Source: Octopus bimaculoides
Taxonomy: Eukaryota
Direction: 5' to 3'
Length of the DNA stretch: 34,097 nucleotides
NCBI RefSeq assembly: GCF_001194135.2
Contig: NC_068983.1
Span: 148,405,261-148,439,357, forward strand
A program made the position numbers and the translations under genes. Below are positions 22,510-34,097 of the stretch, piece after piece. The notes under the pieces were generated by a model. That model searched no databases and was not told where the DNA came from. It worked only from the letters and a program-made list of their open reading frames with translations. Numbering within the stretch: position 1 is the stretch's first letter; each line of letters starts with the position of its first letter.

Positions 22510-24321
22510 ATTCCTATTAAACTAACAGATTATTGTATATGTTTTTAGTAGAGTACATATTTAGTTTTACAAGGAAAAGAGTGGCCTTACTATCATTATT
22601 ACTACGACTAAGGCATTCTTTCAATCATTTCTAGCATCTCAAACGGCAGTGCATTTCCTTGAGCTGTATATGAAGTCATCTAATTAGAAAAGGAAAATCA
22701 AATTCCAAGCTGTTTCTTGAAAGTTTACATGGAAATTATTTCCTTGTTTCTCTAGCTTAGCATGTTCGTAGAGTATTAAAAAGTAAATCTTTAACACTTT
22801 CCGATCGTAGCCATATCTACCTAATTGTGATAGGTTTTTTTTCCTTTATTTCCAAGCCGAGCATGTCCGATACCATGGTGAAGGGAAGAGGAGTTGTGTT
22901 TTACATTTATCTAGATGTTGTCTTTCTCCTTTTGCATGATATCAATTTTATCATTCATTGCTCCAGGTGCTACGAAATTAATCATGAGGAATGTATTAGA
23001 CTGAAGTGAATCTAATACTCCTCCTCTCCACATGCGTAAGAGTGAAAATACATACATATGTTATAACTGTGTGTGTGTGTGTATGTGTCTATCTATCTAT
23101 ATATATAATAAATGAGTATATGCATATATACGTACATGTATGTGCATACCTACATCTACCTGTATATATAGATGCATATCTATGTACAGGACGTTGCAAA
23201 CAAAACGTAGACAAAAAAAATAATAACCAGAGTACAGAAAACACACAGGCCACATCGAGAACATTTCCTTCATCAGCTGCCACCATTGTAATACTGGCGT
23301 TTCGAATATACGCGGGCGCGCACGCACACACACACGTAATGGGTGTGGGTGTGTATAAGGTGATGCGGCATTTATTGTGTAATAGTGAATGCAACTATTC
23401 AGATATAGGACTTCATTTACTACCACTGGCTAACAATGTGGTGACATGGGAAGCAATATAGCGCATGAGTCTCCCCTTACACTACACGGAATTTCCATCA
23501 TTAAAAACGTTTACCTAGCTCCCTCGTCAGAATACATGTTAACTGGTTACTTTCAAACCTAAACCTAACTTGGCAAGGATCTCAGGGCATCAGTTACAAA
23601 AGATATAGTGTACTATCCATTTCCACTGGATATGCTTTAATGCTTATCAGCCTTGCGAATCCACGAAAACGAAGACTAGTAGTGTATTCTTTGTGATAAA
23701 CAGAAGCTATGGTAATGTGCTTTAAGGGTTTTCTGCAGATGGAACATCCGGCAGCACTCTGAACTGGAAAGACGTACCAGTTTTATTAGGCCACATTTAC
23801 CACAGCAACTATCACGTTTAAAGACAAGATAGTGTTACTAGGAAATGCACATTCCAACACCATTACAGAACTTCATTTCGTAGGTACCCTCTCTATTGTA
23901 TCTATACTCCTAAAGAGAAAAACATTGAGAATATGATGTAGTGCAAATTGGCCGGAATACTGTGAAGTCTACCCCCTAGGGCTTAAAGCTCTAGTAGACG
24001 ATATTTGCCCAATTTGTCACCGTAAAGAAAACCAGAAGTTGTGTGAATGTGAAGCAAACTTGTAAGCTACACATATTTATTTATACATTAAATGAGAAAT
24101 ATTATACGTCATATTTCTAATAAACGTAATGCAAATTTTATACAGATTTATTTAAGTAAATATATACATGAATGCCGTTCAAAATATTAAAATTGTATTG
24201 AAACATAATTTTTCAGAAAATTATTCATTCCTAACTTTTGATAATTTTTTTATTCATATTCTTCTGGAATATGTATGACTGCGTACATATATATGAAATT
24301 TGGAGTGTATACATATTCAAT

Positions 24322-24356
<35 letters not shown>

Positions 24357-24799
24357 TACATATATATACACACACATACATATACATACATACACACACA
24401 CACACATATGTATGTATGTATCTGTGTATGACAGGAAAGCGGAATTGTGGAAAGAAAAGTGAGATAAGAGCGCATGCAGGTGTGTATTTATATAATAAAG
24501 CATACGCATGCTTCGGCACGGACATACCATAAGCATGCAATGCAAATGTATATGATTAACAGCGCTATTTACGTTTGAAAGTTTTGTCTGAGTGAATGCT
24601 GAACGTTGGAAATTTTGCAGCTGGTGTTACTCTACAACTGATGCCAGGTCTGGCAATGTGAAAAAGGTTTATAGCCACCAATTATATCATGATTCCCCAT
24701 AAAAGTCACTTCAGCGTGCTTTGAAAAGACAATGTATTCCATAAAATTTTGTTGCATGCTCCTAACCCTTTCTGTCATTCCTCTGCAGAACACTGCCCT

Positions 24800-24805
24800 T
24801 TATTG

Positions 24806-24900
<95 letters not shown>

Positions 24901-25232
24901 GGTGTTGGTGGTGGTGGTGGTGGTGGTNNNNNNNNNNNNNNNNNNNNNNNNNNNNNNNNNNNNNNNNNNNNNNNNNNNNNNNNNNNNNNNNNNNNNNNNN
25001 NNNNNNNNNNNNNNNNNNNNNNNNNNNNNNNNNNNNNNNNNNNNNNNNNNNNNNNNNNNNNNNNNNNNNNNNNNNNNNNNNNNNNNNNNNNNNNNNNNNN
25101 NNNNNNNNNNNNNNNNNNNNNNNNNNGGTGGTGGTGGTGGTGGTGGTGGTGGTGGTAGTGGTAGTGGTGGTCGTGGTGGTCGTGGTCGTGGTGGTCGTGG
25201 TGGTCGTGGTGGTGGTTTTGGTGGTGGTGGTT
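24800..25232. repeat. Graded (ATT)n-(AGT)n-(GGT)n-(CGT/GGT) trinucleotide tract
   Basis: Seen directly; contains a gap at 24928-25126. Confidence 0.95.
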
Positions 25233-26959
25233 GGAGTTAGGAGGAGGGGAGCTGGGTAGGAGGACAATTATTGTTTTACTTTCGGCCTTCGTCTAACGTA
25301 ACATAACTTAAAACAGCGATCAGCTCTCATATCATCGCCACCATAATCCATATTTCTATCTCCATACTATTATTAATCTCTCTGCAAAGCAGTCATTATT
25401 ATTATTGCCTCTACCAGCATCATCGTCTTTGTCCATGCATCCACCACATATGATTATCCCTCTATTTGCTATAACACTTGCTATTCCATTGCGAAATCTC
25501 TACTTCGTACGTTTTAATAGCACCACGAAAGATCCTACCTTTCTACCACTACAAATAGAGGAAATCAATTTTCTATTATTTCCACTACTACCATGGACAC
25601 TAAATAAACGAGGAAGGTCTTCACCTAATCGCTATAGCTTCAAGAAATAGTTAATTCAAATCTCAACCTACTATGTATTTAGATATCACAGTGGACACTC
25701 TCGAGCTGGCTACCCTACATATGAGGAATAACGCAAGCTGGCTACAGCCGAAATACCTTCGATCATATAACTGTTCGAGCCAGGGGTTAAATAACAAGAA
25801 AAACAGCCGAACATCACAACCACTACCGTGTACTCTAAACACAACCTGTATTGAGCATCATCACAAAGTCTAGTACAAACACCAATGCAACATGAATAGA
25901 TACATGTCGGTAGTAGACTATAGTGAAGCTGGTGTGTGATGTTCGACAGCATTGAACGCATCAATGCATACTGATTATCAACAACAGTCTGTTTTATCGG
26001 TACAGAAATCAAAAAGTAGAATCAATCTTTTATGATGCTCCATTAGTGATAGTGAAAGAGCTGACAAAATAAATCGCACACTTGTGGCCGTTCCTTCTTC
26101 CTTTGTTCGCTTGCCATATGGAGTTGATTAATGATCGCTTTGGCATTTTAAAACAGGCTGTTAGTGCGGATAAGATAGTACTGGGATAGTTAGGAATCTG
26201 GGTGCTGGGCTTGGTTGGGTTGTAAATTCAAATGGAATGGAATGCTTACACTCAAACCAATTATGACTATATGTTTCGATTAAAAATGAGCTGTTCTTTC
26301 TTTCTGACAGACTAACATAAAATTCACGGTTCTTTTTATTTCGAGTAGCTATTACAAAGTCTTCTAATCTTAGAGACAAGTAGCGAAATAAAGTGGCTCT
26401 TATGAATGGTGACAAGAGAAATGTCCTTGTTCTGTGTATAATTCCCACTTTTCGGCGTTTTGATGTTCTGTCGATTCTATCTGCTTTTGTAATTGCAGAT
26501 AGCGTGTATCAATATTTCGGAATTTCCTAAAAGATCTGTTTGTGGAGATTTATTTCCATGTCAACGAGAAGTTTGTAATTATAGACACACATTCCTTCAC
26601 TTGTAAAATATGCCTCTTATTTCCATTCAATAAGTATACACTAAAATGTCAATAAAAGAAAGATTTATTGTCAGCTGTTGGTTGTTTTCTTTACGTTAAT
26701 GTATTAGAATATACACATACATTTATCAACTTCTCTCCCCTCTCAACCTCACATTCTCTCTCACCCTTTTCTTTCTGTGCACGCGAACACATACACATAT
26801 AGGTTGATAGACACATTATTACCGCATGTACATTTCTCTTAAGATAAAGTGTATAAGCATATGTTTCTGAATATACATATACAGAGAAACGGAACGGTTT
26901 GTAAGTAGGTAGGTATACATACCTTTCGATTGATCGATAGCTGAACGGGCAGGAAAAAG

Positions 26960-26976
26960 ATAGACAGGTAGACAGC

Positions 26977-27044
<68 letters not shown>

Positions 27045-27377
27045 AAAACAGGTAGGTAGGTAGATATATNNNNNNNNNNNNNNNNNNNNNNNNNNNNNNN
27101 NNNNNNNNNNNNNNNNNNNNNNNNNNNNNNNNNNNNNNNNNNNNNNNNNNNNNNNNNNNNNNNNNNNNNNNNNNNNNNNNNNNNNNNNNNNNNNNNNNNN
27201 NNNNNNNNNNNNNNNNNNNNNNNNNNNNNNNNNNNNNNNNNNNNNNNNNNNNNNNNNNNNNNNNNNNNNNNNNNNNNNNNNNNNNNNNNNNNNNNNNNNN
27301 NNNNNNNNNGCATATATATATATATATATATAGATAGATAGATAGATACACACACACACACACTCACACACACACAA

Positions 27378-27408
<31 letters not shown>

Positions 27409-27410
27409 TA
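26960..27410. repeat. Compound (CAGA)n/(TAGA)n/(TA)n/(CA)n
   Basis: Seen directly; contains a gap at 27070-27309. Confidence 0.95.
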
Positions 27411-27726
27411 TACAAGCACACGCACACGCGCGCACACATGGATTTATGTAAATATTTAAAAAAATCATGCATACACCTATAATAATAATACATGTATATG
27501 GGCTTAAAGTTGTTTTATATATATCATCTATTGGTGTAAGTGCGTGTACGTCTGGCTGCGCATTTGAATGTTTATGTCGGGCATTGGTTATATCAATTAT
27601 ATCAATAAACGATTGCCTGTTGTAAAACATTCTGATAATGATTATGAAATATTTATTGGGAAGTTTCTGGTTATAATAGACTCATTACCAATAATGATGA
27701 TGGCGATGATGATGATGTTGATGAAC

Positions 27727-27764
<38 letters not shown>

Positions 27765-27809
27765 TTCTAACAATGCAACAAAGCCACGTATTTTGTGTGA
27801 GATACAATA

Positions 27810-27958
27810 GATTATATCGATTCCTGTATCTGAAAGATATTTTATCGATTCTGGAATGATGAAAGGTAAGTCAGCCTAAGCGGTATTTGAACTCCGTATG
27901 TAAAGGGACATAACTAAATACGGGAAGGCATTTCGTCTGGCATTCCAGCAATTTTCTT
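27810..27958 (-). mobile_element. Old SINE family B copy
   Basis: attttatcgattctggaatgatgaaaggtaagtcagcctaagcggtatttgaactc...aaggcatttcgtctggcattc. Confidence 0.65.
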
Positions 27959-28027
27959 ACATACCACTCCTTCCTCGCTCCAATTTTATTTTTAGCTAGT
28001 TATTCGATAGCTCACTCCACTTCCAGA

Positions 28028-28095
28028 GACGCAGTGGCCGACAGGATAAGCTATTCGATTACTTGTTCATGTATCATGAGTTCAAATCCACTCTT
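28028..28095 (+). mobile_element. Possible degenerate tRNA-like SINE head
   Basis: gcagtggccgacaggataagc...gagttcaaatcc gives A-box- and B-box-like motifs at tRNA spacing. No body was recognised. Confidence 0.35.
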
Positions 28096-28786
28096 GGCAA
28101 TCCGCCACCTTATACTATGTTAATTTACTCCAATATTATTATTGCCTCTGTGCCAACATTAACAATTATTATATATGATACAATAACTCAAGATTTATAC
28201 TTGTATGCAACATACAGTAAGTTGCACTTTTAATTATAGTACAGTACTGCGGGTAGCAAAATCAGAGTTGCAAATGGGTACCACTACTGAAATAACAATG
28301 CTTGAAAATAGTGATAGATGTCAAGGCATTCATTTAGAAAATAGGCAGACAAATACATAATGGGATTCACACCAAATAGAAAATTGCCCAGCTAGCCTCT
28401 CCGCATACACACATAATTCAGTACCACCGTTACAAAGAGAGGTAATTTTAAACGACTGCACGAAGAGAATGCAGGGAAACTATGCAATAAAGCGAAACGA
28501 GTGAATAAAAGTAATATGGATTTCTCAGAAAGGTTCAAAGCCTTAAATTTGGGGGAAGGAACCAACTAATTATATTGGCCTAGATGCTTGTCTGCTACTT
28601 TATTTCATTCATCTCAGAATGATGAAATACAAACTATAAATAAACATCGCAAAGACTTTTGTCAATGTCCCAAGTATTCGGTCACATCACCTTACTAAGT
28701 ATCTGTTGTTGAAAATGCCTTCTGAAATAGGTTATGAGACATCTCTTTGCAACCAAATATGGGGCCGGTGACAAGATATGATCGTA

Positions 28787-28824
<38 letters not shown>

Positions 28825-29061
28825 NNNNNNNNNNNNNNNNNNNNNNNNNNNNNNNNNNNNNNNNNNNNNNNNNNNNNNNNNNNNNNNNNNNNNNNNNNNN
28901 NNNNNNNNNNNNNNNNNNNNNNNNNNNNNNNNNNNNNNNNNNNNNNNNNNNNNNNNNNNNNNNNNNNNNNNNNNNNNNNNNNNNNNNNNNNGTTAAACTT
29001 GTCGATCGATGATTATCACTACTAGCCAAGAATAGGAACCATTCCTCGGGCGTATTTCCAT

Positions 29062-29180
29062 ATAGTTTCTATATACGAAATTCTAGTTCCAAGGTCTCGG
29101 TCAACACAAGAGTATTGTAGAGCACACTTGCCAAAAGTCGCCGCGCAGTGACAGACTCGAAGCTAAAGAACCAGAAAGAT
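29062..29180 (-). mobile_element. Degenerate SINE family A 5' fragment
   Basis: caaggtctcggtcaacacaagagtattgtagagcacacttgccaaaagtcgccgcgcagtg resembles 5230-5290. Confidence 0.5.
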
Positions 29181-29569
29181 TGAATATTTTTCAATGTTTG
29201 CAAAACGACTGAAAGGAACATTTGAACACATAAATAAAATTACACTTTATTTTTCATAGGATCATTGCGAAAACAGCAAACCACTATTTCATTAGACTGA
29301 GGTCTGTGGTGAAAGACATTTTTAACAATTGTAAATCTCTGTAACATTACGATAGTAAAAGGCCGCATATCTCAAATTAACCAACTCAGTAAATTATCTA
29401 TTTTATTGATCCCACACAGATAAAAATACAAATTTATTAAGGCAAGGTAACCAGATTAATTAGCGCTTTGCATATAAACTAAATGCCATAATATTTACTC
29501 TGTACACAGCGTTTTGTATAAATTTTTAGCATGGGCACTTTGCCAGAAATTTAGGCGATAGGGTATAGT

Positions 29570-29655
29570 CCATTTAGATCGATCTCCAGAAATTTACATG
29601 TACTTTATTTATCGACCCTGAAAGCATAAAATGGTAATGCCAACCAGACCAAGTT
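29570..29655 (-). mobile_element. SINE family B core fragment
   Basis: gtactttatttatcgaccctgaaagcataaaatggtaatgccaacc matches the reverse complement of the core. Confidence 0.5.
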
Positions 29656-29856
29656 TTGAAAATATAATATAAAGTGATGCGACTTAAAACCAATAAGAAT
29701 TGTATTTGATTCTCTAAATATCTGTAACGTCTATATATATGTTTGTCTTGATTTGCCAATCTAGCCATCTACTTACCTTCCTAATCTACCAACATAATTG
29801 ACGTTTTGCTTATCTCTACCATTATATTTATTGCTGCGCACGTCTCTTTATCTAGT

Positions 29857-29910
<54 letters not shown>

Positions 29911-30734
29911 AACCATCATCATTAGCAGCAGGAACAGTGGAAAGCTATATGATCAAGGCGCCACCATACCCGCCACACTTTAGCAGAAAAATGCATAAAT
30001 GCGAGGTTGCGACGTTTAGTTTCAATCTGGCAGACATATTTACATTAGCAATGGTAGCGCGAATATTACGTAAAATTATAGTTATCAATATTTTTACCAC
30101 CACCACCACCAAAATCACAACTGCAAACATCATCATCGTCATTGTTGTCGGCATCATAGTTTTGATTTGATTTGATTTTTTTTTTTTTTACCATTCCGTA
30201 ATGCTATGAACCTATAATCATTACTTTGGAAATAATGAATGTAAAATGAATTTATGCTTCAATTGTTAGCAGCGGTTGATGCGTTAAGGCTGTGTGATCA
30301 TTGTAAACTCTTTTGCTTTGTTTGGGAATGTTGAATCAGAAATGTTATGAACAACTTTCGTTTTAATCTCTATGAAAACCCACCAAAGAAATATAGTGAT
30401 GTGTTTGTCTGCGTATGCGGTAAGGTGTATTTGTGTCTATGTGGCGTTTGAGTATGTGATAGTGTGTGGTGGGAGGTATGATGTTGTGTTTGTTTTGTGA
30501 TTTGCTGGTGATTTTTGCCAAATTATAATTCTAAACAATTGTTTATAATATTTCTTATTCACACTCGTTCCTTCCCATTACGCTGCTACACACACACACA
30601 CGCACAAACACACACACACACACACACACTATCACTCAATCCAAATCTGCTTTTTTGCTTTTAAATCCTTATCTTTCTGTTTTTAGTTTAATTTCCAGTT
30701 ATCAATCATATCCATCCAACTGTTTATCTGTCCA

Positions 30735-31090
30735 TCTATGTATGTATGTATGTATGTATGTATGTATGTATGTATGTATGTATCTATCTATCTAGCTAGC
30801 TAGCTAGCTAGCTATCCGTATAATTTTATCTATATGTCTATTCATCTATCCGCCTATCCATCCATCCATCTATCTATCCTTCTATTTATCCATCTGTTTA
30901 TCCATCTATCTATCCTTCTATTTATCCATCTGTTTATCCATCTATTTCTCCGTGTATCCATGTATTCTTCCTTCTATCTATCCATTTATCCATTACGCTC
31001 TCATTTTATCTATCTATGTACCTATCTATCAATTCATCCATCTATACATCTATACATCCGGCTGTTTATCTCCTTCTCCCCTTTGTCTCA

Positions 31091-31121
<31 letters not shown>

Positions 31122-31133
31122 TCTTTCTGTCTG

Positions 31134-31170
<37 letters not shown>

Positions 31171-31200
31171 TTATCTATCTATCTATCTACGTACCTACCT
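30735..31200. repeat. (TATG)n-(TATC)n-(TAGC)n, a degenerate TATC/ATCC tract, then (CT)n/(CTAT)n
   Basis: Seen directly in the sequence. Confidence 0.93.
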
Positions 31201-31496
31201 AAATTCGTAGAACGCAATACTCTTTTGCTTCAATGCTATACTGTGATATTAATAGTCGGTTTAGGTTGCTTAAAAATCCTAGTACATGACTTACACTAGT
31301 CCGGCTGATCCGTCTTTTACTATCTCTAAATTTCTTGTACATAACGCTAGGTGTTTATTTATTTCCATTCTTCTAGTTTTTGGCTTAAACATCTATGGAT
31401 ATATTTTGTGGTACAATATGGTGTTGAAACATACTACTGTTAGATAGTTTACGAAAATATTTCCCAAAAACATGTTATATGTATTAATTGCTCTGG

Positions 31497-31583
31497 CAAT
31501 TAACTAGAACGCTTGTAAGCAATGTCAATTAACTAGAACACTTGTAAGCAATGTCAATTAACTAGAACGCTTGTAAGCAGTGT
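31497..31583. repeat. Minisatellite, 3 x 29 bp (caattaactagaacgcttgtaagcaatgt)
   Basis: Head-to-tail copies start at 31497, 31526 and 31555. Copies 2 and 3 each differ from copy 1 by one substitution. There are no spacers. Confidence 0.95.
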
Positions 31584-31639
31584 CACAACGGAAAATTGAA
31601 AAGAATGGTGCAGAACCCTGTCTTTATTCTCACACAAAT

Positions 31640-31852
31640 ATTCTTTTCTATTCTAGGCACAAGGCCCGAAATTTCGAGGGAGAGCGCCAGTCGATTACAT
31701 CGACCGAGTACGCAACTGGTACTTAATTTACAGCACCCGAAAGGATAAAAAGCAAAGTCGACATCGGCGGAATTTGAACTCAAAACGTAAAGACAGACCA
31801 AATACCGATAAGCATTTCGCTCGGTGTGCTACCATCTCTGCCCGCTCGCCGC
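31640..31852 (-). mobile_element. SINE family B-type, near full length
   Basis: gtcgattacatcgaccgagtacgcaactggtacttaattta...cccgaaaggataaaaagcaaagtcgacatcggcggaatttgaactc...gcccgctcgccgc is the reverse complement of head plus core. Confidence 0.88.
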
Positions 31853-32089
31853 ATTCTTCTGACACCGAAGTTCAGAAACTTCGGTATATGGTGAAGCAAA
31901 TATTTGCTGATCCCTTAATTATGTTTATAAATATATATGAGCTTTTAAATAAGTTCTCCACCAATAATGGTGCTTTCATACAGATGGGCTTGGTAAAAAT
32001 TATTAATTGTTAATTGATTTATTAATTAATAAATTGATAATCCTTTACCCTTTTAATTTATACAGTATATATATATATATATTATATAC

Positions 32090-32306
32090 CGGTTTGGCTT
32101 CGCGAACGAAGATTAGGAAGGTTGTCCACATTGTCTGCAGGTGTGTTCATGACTGACAAGTCCGATGCGGTAAAGGCAGTGTCCACAGACAAAGGTAACA
32201 TCCGGTGTGGTGTCAGAGGCGGCTCGGGCCTTCCTCTTGCGTCTCCTGTACCTATGCGTGTTTCTTCTGTGTTCTTCAAACTCGTTGACCGCGTTGAAGA
32301 TCGTGT

Positions 32307-32310
<4 letters not shown>
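32090..32310 (-). mobile_element. RTE (BovB-like) LINE 3' end: ORF C-terminal zinc-finger region and short 3' UTR
   Basis: [65 protein letters not shown] (stop at 32113) matches the RTE C-terminal FE..RR...R..RK......CxxC...RIGLxSH pattern. It is followed by tcttcgttcgcgaagcc. Confidence 0.85.
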
Positions 32311-32397
<87 letters not shown>

Positions 32398-32520
32398 GCT
32401 TACATACATGCATAGATATATATGTATGTGTATGTGTGTGTGAGTGTGTCTGTGTGTGTGTGCGTGTGTGTGTGTGTGTACGTATGTACATATGTATGTA
32501 CGTATCCATGTATGTCCATG
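32309..32520. repeat. (TA)n then (TG)n/(TATG)n, probably the internal microsatellite of the adjacent family A SINE
   Basis: Seen directly; it abuts the SINE A 3' half, as in the copy at 18236. Confidence 0.9.
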
Positions 32521-32740
32521 TGCTCGTGTTTTTGTGTTTTTGTTTGTCCCCCACCAGCCCTTGACAACCGATGGTAGTATGTTCACAATCACGCAACTTA
32601 GCGGTCCGAGTAAAGATGTCTATAGAATACATACCAGACTGAAAAACATATAAGTACTGGGATTCATTTGCTCGTCTAGAAAGACTTTGAAGGCGACGCT
32701 CGAGCATGACTGTGGTCAAAGACTCGAACATATAAAGGAT
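32520..32740 (+). mobile_element. SINE family A, 3' half only (diverged)
   Basis: tgtttgtcccccaccagcccttgacaaccgatgg...caacttagcggtccgagtaaagatgtctatagaat... is collinear with 3658-3856 (reverse complement) and 18470-18489. Confidence 0.7.
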
Positions 32741-33024
32741 ATTCTCTATGACAACATTTTTGTATCTATTTATCTTTCTCCCTATTTATCTATTTCCCTG
32801 TCTTTTTGTCTGTCTACCTATCAGTCTGACTGGCTAGTTGCCTATGTTCTGCATCCATTATTCTACTTCCAACTCATGTACTTAACACCATTCCACTTTC
32901 TCACACTTTTATTTATCTCCCTATGACTGCATATACACCAGAAGTTTTTTGTTATTTTGTTCCAAGTTACTCTTCGCCCGTTATCCGGATCCTTTTTCAC
33001 ATTTCACAATTAGTTTTAACCTAA

Positions 33025-33092
<68 letters not shown>

Positions 33093-33624
33093 CCATGCTG
33101 TAGATCGCTGTATGGATAGCGTAGATATGGTTTTTCGTAAAATTTCAGATAAGGGATGAAGAAATCCGTGTTTTTTTGTTTTTCTTTTATACCTAGGCGA
33201 TGTGTTATGGCATGAGGTCTGTATCACTAATCGGCTTAAGAAGTCAGCATAGGAAGTTAGCCTGTGAATCCTGAAGTTCCTCGTAGTCCAAATCCACAAT
33301 TTTTATCGTCGCACGATATATGTCAGCAAATATGGAGTCATATTAATCAACTTAGCTGTGACCACACTGTGATGAATGCTTCAGATTAGTCAAGATGGAT
33401 GCTCACTTTATCTGTGTGTATGTATGTATGTATGTATGTATATATATTCTCATTGTCTGTGTGTATATATATGTATGTATATATGTAAGTGTTGGTACTT
33501 GCGCATAAGTTCATGAGTGTGCGTGTATATGTACATGTGTCTTTGTATTTAAAATTTAAGTGAATCTAACAAAACGCATTTTGTTGATCCCACTGTTTTA
33601 ATACATCATACAGTCGTTTTGGTT

Positions 33625-33736
33625 CCAAATTTTGTCATGAGGCTAGTAATTTCGGGGGAGGGGCTAAGTCTATTACATCGACCCTAGTATTCAACCGGTA
33701 CTTATTTTATCCATCGACACCCGCAAGGATGAATAG
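33625..33736 (-). mobile_element. SINE family B 3'/core fragment
   Basis: gggctaagtctattacatcgaccctagtattcaaccggtacttattttatccatcgacacccgcaaggatgaa is collinear with 31660-31750. Confidence 0.65.
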
Positions 33737-33817
33737 TATGATCACTAGGTGTACTGTAATCATGGAATATTTTACTCTATGTATAGCATAATCAAATTTT
33801 GCTCGTATATATATATA

Positions 33818-33843
33818 TCTATACATATAAAAATGAGAATGTG

Positions 33844-33886
<43 letters not shown>

Positions 33887-34097
33887 GTGTGTGTGTGAAT
33901 CCCTAAAACTCAAGAACTACGCAACCAATTTCATTCAAATTTTACACATGCCTTACTTAGGGTTCCAGTTGTGTTTTGGTCAAAAAAATGTTTAAATTCT
34001 TGCAGAGTTCGAGCCCACGGCAACATAATATCTCCTCCACTATTTAAGTATTACGTGTCAAAAGTGAAACAAAAACACTCGTGTCAAATACTTTCAC
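33818..34097 (+). mobile_element. 5' part of a probable non-autonomous Helitron-type element; runs off the window
   Basis: A|TC start (a-tctatacatataaaaatgagaatgtg), then (TGTC)n and aactacgcaaccaatttcattcaaattttacac. This resembles the 5' architecture of Lep1-type Helitrons (TC..TATA..AAA, GTCT/GTTT repeats, AACCGATTT..TGAAATTT). The 3' hairpin and CTRR are not in the window. Confidence 0.6.

Larger units (their letters stand above)
3988..28991. other. Eleven assembly gaps (N-runs) within this span
   Basis: 3988-4273, 6103-6250, 9316-9325, 10723-11561, 13180-13439, 15686-16139, 16839-17265, 18490-19258, 24928-25126, 27070-27309 and 28825-28991. Most are bounded by microsatellites on at least one side. 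Confidence 0.99.

Noticed and set aside
24749-25240. RGG/Gly-rich ORF resembling an RNA-binding tail
   Set aside because: It is produced by (GGT)n/(CGT) repeats after poly-Leu/Val microsatellite translation and a gap, with no splice or domain context.
31497-31583. 29-bp direct repeats as a CRISPR array
   Set aside because: The copies are contiguous with no spacers, the context is eukaryotic and there are no cas genes.
32585-32731. Minus-strand peptide [33 protein letters not shown], resembling an RTE RT segment (PESQCGFR..RSTIDMIF)
   Set aside because: At DNA level the region is collinear with the + strand 3' half of SINE A (compare 3658-3856 and 18470-18489), so the protein resemblance is most likely coincidental.
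33195-33299. Minus-strand segment ending SPR with a phase-2 donor (ag|gtataa), compatible with the aquaporin acceptor
   Set aside because: The peptide is hydrophilic with no TM3 or NPA similarity, and the donor is weak.

Overview
This is AT-rich eukaryotic genomic DNA from a gapped short-read scaffold, with 11 N-runs totalling about 3.8 kb (about 11%). It is saturated with microsatellites and decayed mobile elements. The SINE families and repeat density suggest a coleoid cephalopod, most likely Octopus; this is my inference from recalled repeat sequences, not a database result. The only confident host-gene coding sequence is one 205-nt minus-strand internal exon (8006-8210) of a classical water-type aquaporin, covering loop C, TM4, loop D and TM5. 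Neither NPA-bearing exon is visible in the sequenced part. Mobile content: three tRNA-derived SINE families (about 13 copies or fragments), a 5'-truncated CR1/L2-type LINE nested inside a SINE's internal microsatellite, an RTE LINE 3' end, a Ty3/Gypsy gag relic and the 5' end of a probable non-autonomous Helitron. Almost all ORFs in the supplied track are microsatellite or N-run artefacts. I found no convincing new biological system. The best leads are around the aquaporin exon: in-phase candidate downstream exons that would delete the second NPA half-pore, an intronic 14-bp inverted repeat, inverted SINE pairs bracketing the exon, and atypical loop-D/TM5 residues.
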